A DNA stretch of 64,000 nt from the NCBI RefSeq assembly GCF_001194135.2, contig NC_068990.1, positions 33,716,105 to 33,780,104 on the forward strand. The letters are read 5' to 3'. Positions 26,662 through 38,530 of this stretch are shown in pieces. The first letter of the stretch is position 1, and each line of letters opens with the position of its first letter. Source of the stretch: Octopus bimaculoides (Eukaryota). The notes beneath the pieces are model-generated. The model did no database searches. It was not told the DNA's origin and saw only the letters and a list, made by a program, of their open reading frames with translations. Both the position numbers and the translations under genes were made by a program.

Positions 26662-28399
26662 CATTTTTCATACGAGTGTGTTCGCACATTCATTACCAAC
26701 GTTAGGCCGATGACTGACAAGTATATGTGTGTGACGGTGTATGTGCCTGTCAGTATACATACATCTTTGTGACAACTGACACACACAGAGGCAGAGATAG
26801 GCTTCAGGTGTTTGTTAATGTATGTGTGTGTGTGTTTGTTTTAGTTTATGTATGTATCTTTCTCCTGTCCAACAGTGAAATGCACCGATACTGAAAGTTT
26901 AGTTGCGGCCTGGACTTTAAACGAACAACAACGTTCCCTTTCAAGTACTACCAACATGAAGATTTGGCTGATTTAACACCACTCACAATACTTGCAAATA
27001 TATCTTTTAAAAAATGTTATTCTGGTTATTGTAACAAATTTTGAAACTTAGCAAAGTAGAAAGCCTCAGCAGCTCTTTCAATATAATTACAGAAATGTTA
27101 TTCCACTCCTTCTAACCAGTTTCTAGATAATAGTTTTTTAACAGTCCTTGAATTCTTCATCACTGTCAGTATCAACGTCACACAACCTTTTCACTGCTTT
27201 CATCAGTATTTATTTTACAGCCTATAATGTTACACAGTTAAAAAATATGTAGTAATGTCAAATTAATTTATATCTCGCTACATACATCCTTCTGCAAATA
27301 TTTTAAATTAATGTTCACAACAACAGCATCTTCCTTTCCATACATTTGGTTCAGCATTCATTTCAGGATTGTGAAAAAAATTTTTTTGTATGAAAACTTG
27401 ATTTATGCCTTCTGAATTTTCTTGGACTTACGAATTGAACCTGCAACAGGTTAGCCAATTACAAACAAAAAGGTATCGTCAAATGACTTCTATTCTTACC
27501 CACTGATGTTAAGACTAGAACAATCAAATCAATTACACATGTCAAATAAACTTTATTTTATTTTCATTTACATATTTTCTATGTTATCTCAACAATCAGC
27601 GATAGATATTTCAAATACACTTCTCTACAATGACCAGGTTTCATTACAAAATGAAAATAGTTTCACACTTTCAATTTGAACCAAAATTACAAAGTGTTAC
27701 ATTACGAGAGTGAAGATGTGTGAAAAATGAAAGTTATGTTTCTCCAAATTAGTCATATCTGAATTATAATAAAGAAAGCTGCTTATTATCTGTTTACGAA
27801 ATAAATTATGTTTTTGACTCAACAACTCTTTTTTACAACTAAAATAACCTCAGTAAGTAGGTTGGGTCACACAATTTTCAGGTCATATTCAGACAATATT
27901 TCAATTTGCTTCCAATGTTTCACGCATGCATGACATTCTACTCAGACAAACATTATATGAAAATGTACACATAAATAGAGCATTAAAATAAGCCACAACC
28001 AAAAAAATTGCATTAAAAGGCATCCATTTTTCTATATGCTATGAGGAAATACAATCACGCACACACACACACACTCTTTCTCTCTCTCTCTCTCATGCAA
28101 AAAAGATGTATTTTCATGTATTTATGGGCGAAGGTAAAGAATACATACTCCTGGTGTTTAGCGTTAGGGTTACACCAAAAACGGGTGGTGTGTGTATTAT
28201 TTACCTCCACTGTGTATGTGTGCATGAAATATAACGTGTATGTGTGCGTGAGAGAGAGAGAACGAGAGAAAGGGAGCGAGTGAATGTCACTTACACATAC
28301 AAACGAAAAAATGTTATAAAATAATTTCTTTTGACACACATACACACACATTCTACAATAATAATAAGGCAGAATGTTAAACTGAAAGCATATTTTAAT

Positions 28400-29304
28400 A
28401 TAGATGTGTATAAGGAGGATTAAAAAGGATTTCTAACCGGCTTTCATTGCATGGCACATTTTCAAGAAGAGGGAAAATGAAAAGAATGTTTTTTACAAAA
28501 AAATTAAAAATATAAAAAATATATAAAAAATAAATATACCAATACATTATATTGTCTTTGAGCTTTTAAAGTTCAATGGTAATCTATGTAGATAATTGTT
28601 AGAAAGATTAGGATGCATGTAATTAAGATTGGTATTGTGTTTGAAAAGGCTGAAAGTTTGTGTTAAACAGGAAGTGTGGTGTCAAAACAGGAANNNNNNN
28701 NNNNNNNNNNNNNNNNNNNNNNNNNNNNNNNNNNNNNNNNNNNNNNNNNNNNNNNNNNNNNNNNNNNNNNNNNNNNNNNNNNNNNNNNNNNNNACAGGAA
28801 GTGTGTGTAAGGGAAGACAATTCTGTGGGTTTTATACTCTTTATTTGGAGTTCTGGATTCTTTATGAACAGGAAGTTTCTGTCTGTTCTTAGAGAAACAA
28901 GAACTAAATTTATATGTATTTCATTGGGTAGGTGAGAGAAGAGAATATGGTCACCGAGGAGTTTGTATGTTAAGAAGCATTTGGAATTTCTCTATAAAAA
29001 GATTCTCCTTGTTGATTCTTTCTTGTGTAGAGATTCTGTCTTTACATTGATAGAAAGGGAATATAAGGAATTTAGGGTTTTTATTTCTGGCGCAAGAGTC
29101 TATGTGGTCACTGAGTGGAATTTGGCAGTGTTGTGGAAGATTTATTTGTTCTTTATGGACTGCTACTCTTCTACGCAAAGAGAGGCATGTGAGGACATAA
29201 ATGAGGTTCCCAGTGGAACAAGAGAAGTTGGTTTTGATTTTAAACCTTGTTCCTTGTTTGAAGGTAAATTCAGAGCCTTCAAGTAGGTAGGGGCAGGTAC
29301 CACA
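28400..29304 (-). mobile_element. 5'-truncated Penelope-like element: GIY-YIG endonuclease remnant plus 3' region
   Basis: CGTCPYLLEGSEFTFKQGTRFKIKTNFSCSTGNLIYVLTC/LSLRRRVAVHKEQI-ERINKENLFI; 3' boundary approximate. Confidence 0.85.
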
Positions 29305-29596
29305 GTAGATAGCTTCTGTTATCCATATAATTCAATTAGCAATAGAAGATCATGTCCTGAAAACATATTAATTAGAGTAAGGATGTAGTGGGAAAAATTC
29401 TGTTGAGAATTTTCTCTCTCTGGGTTGAAAGGTCCATTGTATGACGCTTGAGTACCAAGTGCAATGCTGCATGGTAGCAAAATATCATCACTAAATGTAG
29501 ATGTGCAGAGGCTGGGAAGAAATGAGGTGAACATGATCCATAGGATGTGTGATTTTAGCATTCATGAATACATGAACACAAATAAATTAAATATAT

Positions 29597-29725
29597 GAGT
29601 GGTTGGCGTTAGGAAGTGCATCCAGCTGTAGAATCTTTGCCAGATCAGATTGGAGCCTGGTGCAGCCATCGGGTTCGCCAGTCCTCAGTCAAATCGTCCA
29701 ACCCATGCTATGATGATGATGATGA
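29597..29725 (+). mobile_element. RTE 3' tail fragment
   Basis: gagtggttggcgttaggaag-aaatcgtccaacccatgc-(gat)n. Confidence 0.8.
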
Positions 29726-30099
29726 GGAGGAGGAGGGGAGGAGATTACCATTCTTAAGAGAAGCAAGAATTTATTTTAATCTCAACAGAATAATTGACTT
29801 TGGTTTTGGCTTGATTTTGTAGATAATGCATATAACCAGCTGAATAGAATTTAGTGCATTGTCGTTTCAAATTATAATGGTGTTGAGAAGATGAAAAGGA
29901 AATTCTGAATTCACAGAAAATCCCATTTATTTGATAGGCAACCTTTTAATGACAAATGTATCAAGATTTGAACCCCAAACATTAAACCACTGAACTAAGT
30001 ACTGTAAATTACCAAATCACAGGAGTCTTTACTATTCTACATCAAATCAACTTACTATGGATGGAAACCTTTCTTAACTATTGTTGAAATATTGATTGT

Positions 30100-30130
30100 G
30101 TCACTTACACAGTTCTGCACTCAACTATCA

Positions 30131-30191
<61 letters not shown>

Positions 30192-30720
30192 TTCAAATAC
30201 TGCAACTTCAACAATCTCCTCTAGTATTGTGCAGTCACTGTGAATAGAAAGGTTTTTGCTAANNNNNNNNNNCTAGGATTGTGCAGTCACTGTGAATAGA
30301 AAGGTTTTTGCTAACATATTGCAATGATGATGATAATGTAGCATTCTTGACACCAAACTGTTGATGCTCCACACACACACACACACACACACATTCACTT
30401 ACTGCAACTTCAACAATCTCCTCTAGGATTGTGCAGTCACTGTGAATAGAAAGGTCTTTGCTAACATTCTTTTCTGCTCTAGGCACAAGGCCCAACATTT
30501 TTGGGGAGGGGGCCAGCCGATTAGATTGACCCCAGTCGACCCCGAAAGGATGAAAGACAAAGTTGACCTCAGCGGAATTTGAACTCTGTATGTTAAGACA
30601 GACGAAATACAGCTAAGTATTTTGCCTGGCATGCTAATGTTTCTGCCTTAAGGTCTTTGCTAACATTGCAATGATGATGATATTGCAGCATTTTTGACAC
30701 CGAACTGCAGATGCTCCACA
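30100..30720. repeat. Local tandem repeat of about 205 bp containing (CA)n, interrupted by a SINE
   Basis: actgcaacttcaacaatctcctctag at about 30199 and 30400; gcaatgatgatgat-gatgctccaca at about 30321 and 30668. Confidence 0.75.
30469..30649 (-). mobile_element. SINE family A with 18-bp TSD aaggtctttgctaacatt
   Basis: TSD at 30451-30468 and 30650-30667; internal deletion between two gacccc repeats. Confidence 0.9.
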
Positions 30721-32659
30721 TACAAGTTAGTTGATTTGTATCAGTGTGTTTTGGCCATGCCAGAGCACTATCTCATTCTACAGTGTTTTGGTTCCTTTAT
30801 AGCTCATGATATATATTTGGAATTTCATTGTTTATATGTGTGTTCACCTTTGTGGTTGCAATAGGTGACTCTACACTGTTGATAATATTCTACGGATGAC
30901 TGCTATCCTACACTGACAGTAACATCCCACAGAAGACTCCTACTTAGACTAATGAAAAAATGAGAATTGATGAATGTAAAATCTAGAATTCAAGGAAGCT
31001 GTGGAATTGCATTGACAAGAATAAAACAAAATTATGGAAACCGTGATAACTCCTCTGTTGCTGTGTTTTCTCTGTCGAAGTACAAATGTCTGAAAGTAAT
31101 TTTACTCCTCACAGTTGTTCATCTTCTACTCTGTGTTGAAGAACAAAAGTCCAAAGCATCAAACTTTCTACACTTCATGGTAGCTGAGTTTATTCAGCAT
31201 TCAACATAAACCATATGTGATTGAATGTTATGTCTTACAGTTATAGACATAACTATATTATAAAAAATATTGCCATCCATTGAAGTGTAAAACTAACACA
31301 GAAGGTATTTATAATTTAACCTAGCAATAAATATCAGTCTTCCACTGATGCAACAACTATATTCACTATTCGTTATTTTGATTCTTCAGTTCAAATTTAG
31401 GTTTCTTAATCCCTACATGCTATATCAACCAATCTATCTTGGATGATGTGTGAGAATTTACAATACAAACTAGAGAGAAATGTAATAGATTCACACCACT
31501 AGACAAATTTAACCAGTGCCATTCACAGGATGGCCTTATTTACCTTTCACTTAGACATTAATTCCCAGTAGATTAGCAAATAGAAGTAACTGCCTAAAAT
31601 CAATAGCTTATAACATTGATTTGAGAGCACATATAGAAGGAAACAAGTGAATTAGATGAAGTCTGTCAGCTTGAGAGAAATTACAGCACTTCTGTTTAAC
31701 CTCTGTTTCCCTCTATTACTATGAGTTGGACAGAAAAATATATAGTTATTGCTAAAATTAAATTAGAGAGATAAAATATGAAACTGAAAAACTGATACAG
31801 TGCAAGCAAAATGTATAACATCACTTACCTAATGGCATATTATTCTACAAATATAGATTTATATAGTTTTTAAAACCTATTGACAAAAGCTGCTATCATT
31901 CCAGTAGTCTGTTTGAAAATGGCATAAATGTAACTTTCAATGCAACAATTAGCAGAGATAAATAGATTCTGTACTTGAAGAAAGTTTTAAAAAGCTATTG
32001 TAGTGCTAATATTTGAAAAATAAACAACAAATTCAAATTTGTTCAATACAAAAAGGAAAAAAAAAAAAAAAAATTTAATTAGTAGAATATAAGAGAAAGG
32101 TCCCAAGAGATATGATTCAGTATCACATTTGGATGGAGCATTACATTGAGAATGGAATTTCCAATAGTTCAGCGAGAACTTCTGCTACAGCTATTACTAT
32201 TTTTAGTTCAGCGTTAACTAAAAATTAAAAAGGAAAAGGAATTTTATATGAGAGAAATGTCTTTCTAATCACAAAAAAAAAAAAAAAAATGGCATTTCTT
32301 TCTCTGAAGAACAGCAGGGAAGGCACTTTTATGTCAGCTGAGAATCTTTTTGTACCAAAGAAAGGTGTAAAGTCAACTTATTAGGAGATAAATTTTACAC
32401 AAAATACACAAATTCCATTTTTTTTCCTCTTTTGCAAATTCCTCTCCAGTTCATAGAACGGTGAAAGAGCAGCATTCTAGTCAAAAAGTTGTATCCATTT
32501 TTGTGAAAGTACCTTACACAATATCACATCATTTGTTGTGCAAGTTTTGTTACCCAAAACTTACACAACAGATTCCAAGATGACAAATGTCAGATTTCTA
32601 GGAGGAGAAATAAGAACAGCAAAACAATATACAGAAACATACACACACTGCATATCATC

Positions 32660-33075
32660 ATCATCATCAACATTATTTTAACATCCATTTTTCCATGCTT
32701 GCACAGATCAGACGGAGTTTGATGAGGCACGTTTTCCTTTGATCGGATACCCTTCCTGTCACCAATCCTAACGTGTTAGAGTTTCCATCTACCAAATCCT
32801 CTTAAGACTTTGGTTGGGCTGGAGCTATAGAAGAAGACACTTGCCCAAGGTGCCACACAGTGGGATCGAACCTGGAATCATGGGGTTGGAAAGCAACCTC
32901 TTACCACACAATCATGCCTGCATCTATACAAAAGGTGAAAAAGGAAATGGGTAAAGGCTCCCTTCGGCCATGGATGACCATGAAAGTACTTAATTTATTG
33001 ACCCCCGAAAGGATGAAAGGCAAAGTCAACCTCAGTGGAATTTGAACTCAGAACGTAAAAGAAAACGAAATACCA
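32660..33075 (-). mobile_element. Cluster of RTE tail, family B head and family A fragments
   Basis: (cat)n-tttaacatcc; gaagacacttgcccaagg; gacccccgaaaggatgaaagg. Confidence 0.7.
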
Positions 33076-33689
33076 CTAGTCACTTTACATTGTCTGATTT
33101 CTTAGAATTTTTTCTGGATTCAATGTTGTAACATTGTAATAGTTCTCTTTCTCTTTCTCTTCTTTTTTTGTAACATACCCTATCCATATGTTTTAGCATT
33201 ATGGTTTAGGACACTGTTAGTATTTTGATTGTTCTCCTGTTCAAGCTGTTCAATTTACTTAATTTTCAATTTATTACGTTGAAATTATAATACAACTGGT
33301 ACAGATGCATAGCATATTAATACGTATTATTTTGTTTCTAAGATTAAGTTAGTTATGAATATTAATCTAATTCCCCAGCTAGTTTCATTTCTGATTGTTT
33401 CCATTTGTATGTTGCATCGATTTTGATTAATTTTTTGATTCAACTTACTTAATTTTAACTAATTCATTTCTTCTTAATTTTCATGTCTTACTAACCATCA
33501 TAGTCACTTTTATACCTCTGCTGAATTTCATTTGGGTTCCACATTTGTGTATTGGCATTTATAAAATAGTTTAGGTTATCAATACAGAGGAGACAATTAA
33601 AAATTTATTCATAACAGTTGCAGTCCAACCCTTGGTGCTTTTATTCAGTAAATGCATTGATGGAGTCAAACTTAATCAGAAGTGTAGAG

Positions 33690-34289
33690 AGATGTTCTGT
33701 TATGTGTATAAGCTTGGAGTTTTATCTTCTCTTTGCCCTGCAATGATATGCTTGACTTGCTGCGTTAGCCTCTGTATATACATGTAGTGTCTCCAATATC
33801 CAACAGAGTGTTATGCTAGCAGATATTTTTCAGTAAATAATCTATACCAACCTACATGTTTCTTGTTTTTCTCCTTCTCTTCTTGCTTTCTTCAATAATT
33901 GCTTGGTTCACCATTAGCTGCTCTTTACAACCATACATCCCTTCTGGCACCTCTTTGGCTCCTCTAGTAAAATGTTATTACTTTCCGGTTGAACAGCCAT
34001 CCTGTTGTAGAGCAGAGCTGGAAGGGCTTCGGTAAAGTTGTTAGCAAACAAATTATAAATCTGCCATGTTGAGGTCCCAGGTGTTTTTGTTTTCCAGGAT
34101 CAATATTGTTTTTTCTCCCTCAACTAACCATTCAGGTATTATTTCTGGTGTGTTTACTAATTCACTGAATGGTGTTGATACAGATATATGAATATTGGCC
34201 AGCTGTTTCAGTCAGGAATTTGAGACACTGTCATTCTCAGTGATTTTCCAATTGCTTGCAGACCTTATCATACTGCTGAATACTTCATC

Positions 34290-34290
<1 letters not shown>
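33690..34290 (-). mobile_element. Decayed R4/Dong-like reverse transcriptase fragment
   Basis: SNWKITENDSV, PEIIPEWLVEG and GMYGCKEQLMVNQAIIEESKKR-VGIDY, matching the NWKAPGPD / PEWLxxG / GCKDQL / WIDY motifs. Confidence 0.8.
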
Positions 34291-34324
<34 letters not shown>

Positions 34325-34670
34325 GACAGAGAGAGAGAGCAGAATGGAGAGAAAGACTATCAACAAGCAATGACTGAAACCACCATATGATTATTACTAT
34401 CATTATTATTATTATTACTAGTAGTAGTAGTAGTAGTTGCTGTCACATGACACAGAGTCGTTAAGAAAAAGATATAAAGATATATTTCCTTCACATTACA
34501 TCATGTCAAAATCTAATTAAATTAGATCTTCATTTAAAACGAAGATGTAAATTAATTATTTCAAACTTTGATTACAAATGATGATATACCAGTTTATATA
34601 AGAAACAATTGATTTTCTCAGTAGATAATGATGATGATGACAACGACGGTGACGAATTTATTTGTTGTTG

Positions 34671-35187
34671 TTATTATTATTATTATTGTTCAGTAGTTTT
34701 ATTTTTATAACGTGCTTTCACTTCACCACCGAGCGCAGCTCTGTGTGCCTTGGGTATGTGCTGTGGTTTGCTGTGGTGCTCTTATGGTTACTGTATTGAA
34801 AGTGTTTTGCGTAGGGTGTGTGCAGTGCCCAGTAGTGCAATTTTCTGTATGTTATATATATTTGTAAGTCCTGGTGTTTTTGTTATGTATTTGTCTGAAT
34901 ATTTTTTTATTATACCTAAGGCACCTACTATAATAGGAATTGTTTCTGTTTTTAGATTCCACATTCGAGTTACCTCTATTTCCAGGTCTTTGTATTTTGA
35001 AAGTTTTTCCATTTCTTTTAGAGAAACGTTGTCATCTGCTGGTATTGATACATCAATTAGAAAGCATTTTTTTCTTCATGATCTTTGACAACTATATCTG
35101 GTGACCTTTTCTGGCGTGTGTTTATACCATCTTTTTTCTGTTGTTATTCCATAGTGTTGGCATAGCTTCCAGTGTATATAGGTCCAC
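34671..35187 (-). mobile_element. Young 5'-truncated R4/Dong-like element: RLE domain, 3' UTR and (TAA)n tail
   Basis: IHWKLCQHYGITTEKRWYKHTPEKV / PDIVVKD / CFLIDVSIPADDNVSLKEMEKLSKYKDLEIEV-LLGTAHTLRKTLSIQ*. Confidence 0.92.
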
Positions 35188-36140
35188 ACACCATCAAAGT
35201 GATGTTGGGGTACAGATATACAAAGCCCAATCATGACTACCCATCTGATGAGGGTACACCAAGCACATGCATTACAACCATTAGCACATGGTATGGTGAT
35301 CTCATATCAAGATAAACAGTGCATGACCTTGCTGGTGGGGACCCAGTTGGAATTTTCTTCAGCTCGAATTGCTTATCCCACTCAAAAGGCCCTTGAATAA
35401 GGGTCATTTAAGGATGATGAACGAAACAATCATGCTTCCAGGGGAGAATTATTCACAGTATTGGTGCTGTACCCATTTTAATTAAGCTTCCTGAAAGAGC
35501 ATTTTCTACCTTATATGATAAATTTTTGTCTACCCTTCATAAATTGATTACTTTATATTGAGGATTTACCAGATATTTCTCAGTGACTCAAATAGACATG
35601 CTTTCTACATTGTACCTATTCTCAGATAAAGATCAAGCTTTTTTAAGGTTTACTCTCAAATTATTTGTCATTGTTCCTAAGGCTCCAATGAGAATTGAAA
35701 GGATCAATATCAAACACAGTTTCTTCTTTCTATCAGTGACAATGAAATATCTGGCCTGTTGTGTTCTGGTTTTTTTGGGGTTTTTTTGGTTTGAAGAAGA
35801 AACTCCTATAACAACCTCAATACATTGTTTTCAAATACTTTCCTTTTTATTCCCACGAAATTGTCAGAGTACATCTGTGCTTGCAAAACTAAATTTCTTA
35901 AAAAATTCCAGTGAATTATCCCATCACTCTAACTACACATACAATTTTGTAATCATTCAAAGCAAACTATTGACATTCTGATACAATATGAGCTGTAGCT
36001 CCATCTGAATCATCTAAATTTTGGGGTAATTCTTGTCGATATAACATCCTTTTGATCCAAATTAACCTTAGAGCTTGTTCCTCTGCTGCCAGAATCACTC
36101 ATTCAGTCTTTTTCTTTTTTCAATTCACTTTTGTTTAACC

Positions 36141-36190
36141 TAGTGTTTCTCAACCGGGGTTCCCCAGAACTCTAGGGTTCCATGAGAAAG
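36141..36190. mobile_element. Isolated hAT-like left end (tagtgtttctcaac)
   Basis: Resembles the CAGTGTTTCTCAAC terminus common in hAT MITEs; no partner TIR seen. Confidence 0.35.
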
Positions 36191-36361
36191 AGTGAGATGA
36201 GCTAAGGCTAATTTCATGATTGTAATATTACTATATATGGACAACATATTATTGGTTATTATAATATTGTAATATAAACATCATCTTATCTAACCTATTA
36301 TGTTATCAAAAAATATAACAACCATTGGGGATATATTTAGTGATGTCTGTAATTTATGGAC

Positions 36362-36433
<72 letters not shown>

Positions 36434-36764
36434 AAGCTTCTAAGCAAATGACCCCAAATGGGAAGTCAGCAAACAGATCTCTGACTTGTTTTGGAGAATT
36501 TGATGCTATTGCTTCCTCCTGAGTCATATCCCAATGATGATATTTGTTGCAAAAAATCATGTAAAAAAATCGCCGAAAACAATCACAATAATAAAAACAT
36601 AGGAATCCAAAATTTTAGGATTGCAGGTCTGGATTTTTAGCTCAGAATGTTCTTAATTTACTCACGGAGTTGGCCTTTAGATTATAAAAATTATCGTACA
36701 AAAAAATAAATTGTCACAAAGAGTCATGTAAACAAATCATGACGAAGTGACTGTTTACTTTTAA

Positions 36765-36870
36765 AATGGCATTGTAGGGTAATTGTGAGAGGTTGGATCT
36801 GGTCAATTTTAACATAAAACTTGTAGAATACTTGAACCAGAAATAGCAGGTTTGAATGTGAAAGAGTTGA
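36765..36870. mobile_element. Right half of the piggyBac-type MITE, diverged
   Basis: aatggcattgtagggt-gtgagaggttggatc-aacataaaac matches 1808-1910. Confidence 0.6.
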
Positions 36871-38092
36871 GATTTCATTTCCTCTTTTCTATTTATCCTA
36901 TTTTCTCATTTTGAGCTTTGCAAATTCTGTAAGTATTTCTTCATTTATTACCACCCTAACAAGAGTTCTTTTTCTTCAAAGAAACAACCCAGACTTGTCA
37001 TTTCTAGTTCTATCTTTCTGGTACTCATTGATCATTTTTTTACTTTCTGCTCATATCCACTATAACTAGCCCACATTTGATTGAGGATGAATGCTTCTGT
37101 GCAGTGATGAGATACTTATTTTCCTGTTGCTATTCTTCACCTCCTCCTTCCTTTATCCAGTAATTCTTGTTCCATAGCTTATAAGCATCCTCTTATCATT
37201 ATTATTGCCATTGTTGTTGTCACTGTTGTGTTCATAACAAATACTGTGTTTTTAGATTCATTATGCTACATTTCTTATAATAATGATTATTTATTATTAA
37301 TCACCTCCTTTTTTTTTAATTTCAGAATATTGAAGAAGATATTGTGTGAAGTGACAAGTGCCAAATGTCTGAATCAAACAAATGACAACATGTACATGAA
37401 TTAAAAATACTTCTGTACCATTATACATATGTAAAGTAAAATTTAAGCACTTCACAAGCCAAATTCACAACTTCAGTTCCTAGATCTAGACATCTGGTTA
37501 CATTTAAACATTAAACTTCATAGATTTATAAATAACTTTAAATTTCCAAATGAAGGAAGAAAGAAACAAATATTACTTGAGTAGCCGAAAAGAAATAAAA
37601 CCATCTGTCCTTGAATAATAGGATAATATTTTTAACAAATAACTGCAGTAACTAGATTATAAGCCAGAACAAATTTCATTTATCATATCATGTAAGAATT
37701 TCAGTTATGAGACTATAGATAACATAATTCAAGCATAAAATATATCTTGGTAGTGTGATAATGGGTTAAATATGGACTTTAAGGAAAGTTTGTTGCTTCA
37801 GTGTGATGTTGTAATGAGGAATAGTTAAATTAAGTCATTACTACAAACAGTCACAATCAATTAAATAGCTTAATAGTGTGTCTCTAACTAGTTAGCACAC
37901 AAGGAATACAATATGTCTTTCCTTTTGGGAAAGTCAGCCTGCAAAATCTTTTTTTTCTAAAAGCTATGTTCACAAGCTGATGAAACATTTGTCAATTAAT
38001 TCTATAGTTGAGCTAGTACTATTTATGAAAACTTATTCTATGACATGGCACTTAGTTAAGCCCAAGTGAAGTCAACTACAGACACATGGTTA

Positions 38093-38263
38093 TACAGTTC
38101 TATATTTAAGAGATGAGGAATTATGTACATTATTTACATGTGACGGACATTTGTCCTCATCATGTTTGTTGTTAACACATTTTGGCTGATATACCCTCCA
38201 ACCTTTATCAGGTGTCTTGGGGAAATTTCAAACCTGGGTTCTCATTCCTAAGGTATTTTTCGA

Positions 38264-38317
<54 letters not shown>

Positions 38318-38530
38318 AGTCACTGCCTGGAATCGAACTCAGAATCTTGGGGTTAGTAGCCCATGCTCTTAACCACTATACCATATGCCTTAGGAATGAG
38401 AACCCAGGTTCGAAATTTCTCCAAGACACCTGATGAAGGCTGGAAGGTATATCAGCCAAAATGTTGTGTTAACAACTAACAAGATGAGGACAAGTATCTG
38501 TCAAATGTAAATAATGTAAATAATGTACAT
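38093..38530 (-). mobile_element. Composite retroelement: tRNA-like head, (AAT)n and hammerhead-bearing tail, with an inverted copy of the tail at the 5' end
   Basis: Arms 38124-38253 and 38388-38530; head 38316-38389 with A-box TGGTATAGTGG and B-box GTTCGATTCC. Confidence 0.8.
38425..38470 (+). ncRNA. Decayed minimal type I hammerhead ribozyme motif
   Basis: GACAC-CUGAUGA-A-GGCUG/loop/CAGCC-AAAA-UGUU-GUGUU; restoring two CpG transitions gives GAAACGUU. Confidence 0.6.

Noticed and set aside
26900-27500. Minus-strand acidic and Cys-rich peptides suggesting a BED-finger or other transposase
   Set aside because: Scattered short matches with many stops and no ordered motif set.
28420-28470. 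Hammerhead in the Penelope 3' region
   Set aside because: No CUGANGA core is visible on either strand.
38316-38389. tRNA gene
   Set aside because: It has A and B boxes but no convincing acceptor stem, and it is fused to (AAT)n and a repeat tail, so it is an element head. The same applies to 39707-39780.
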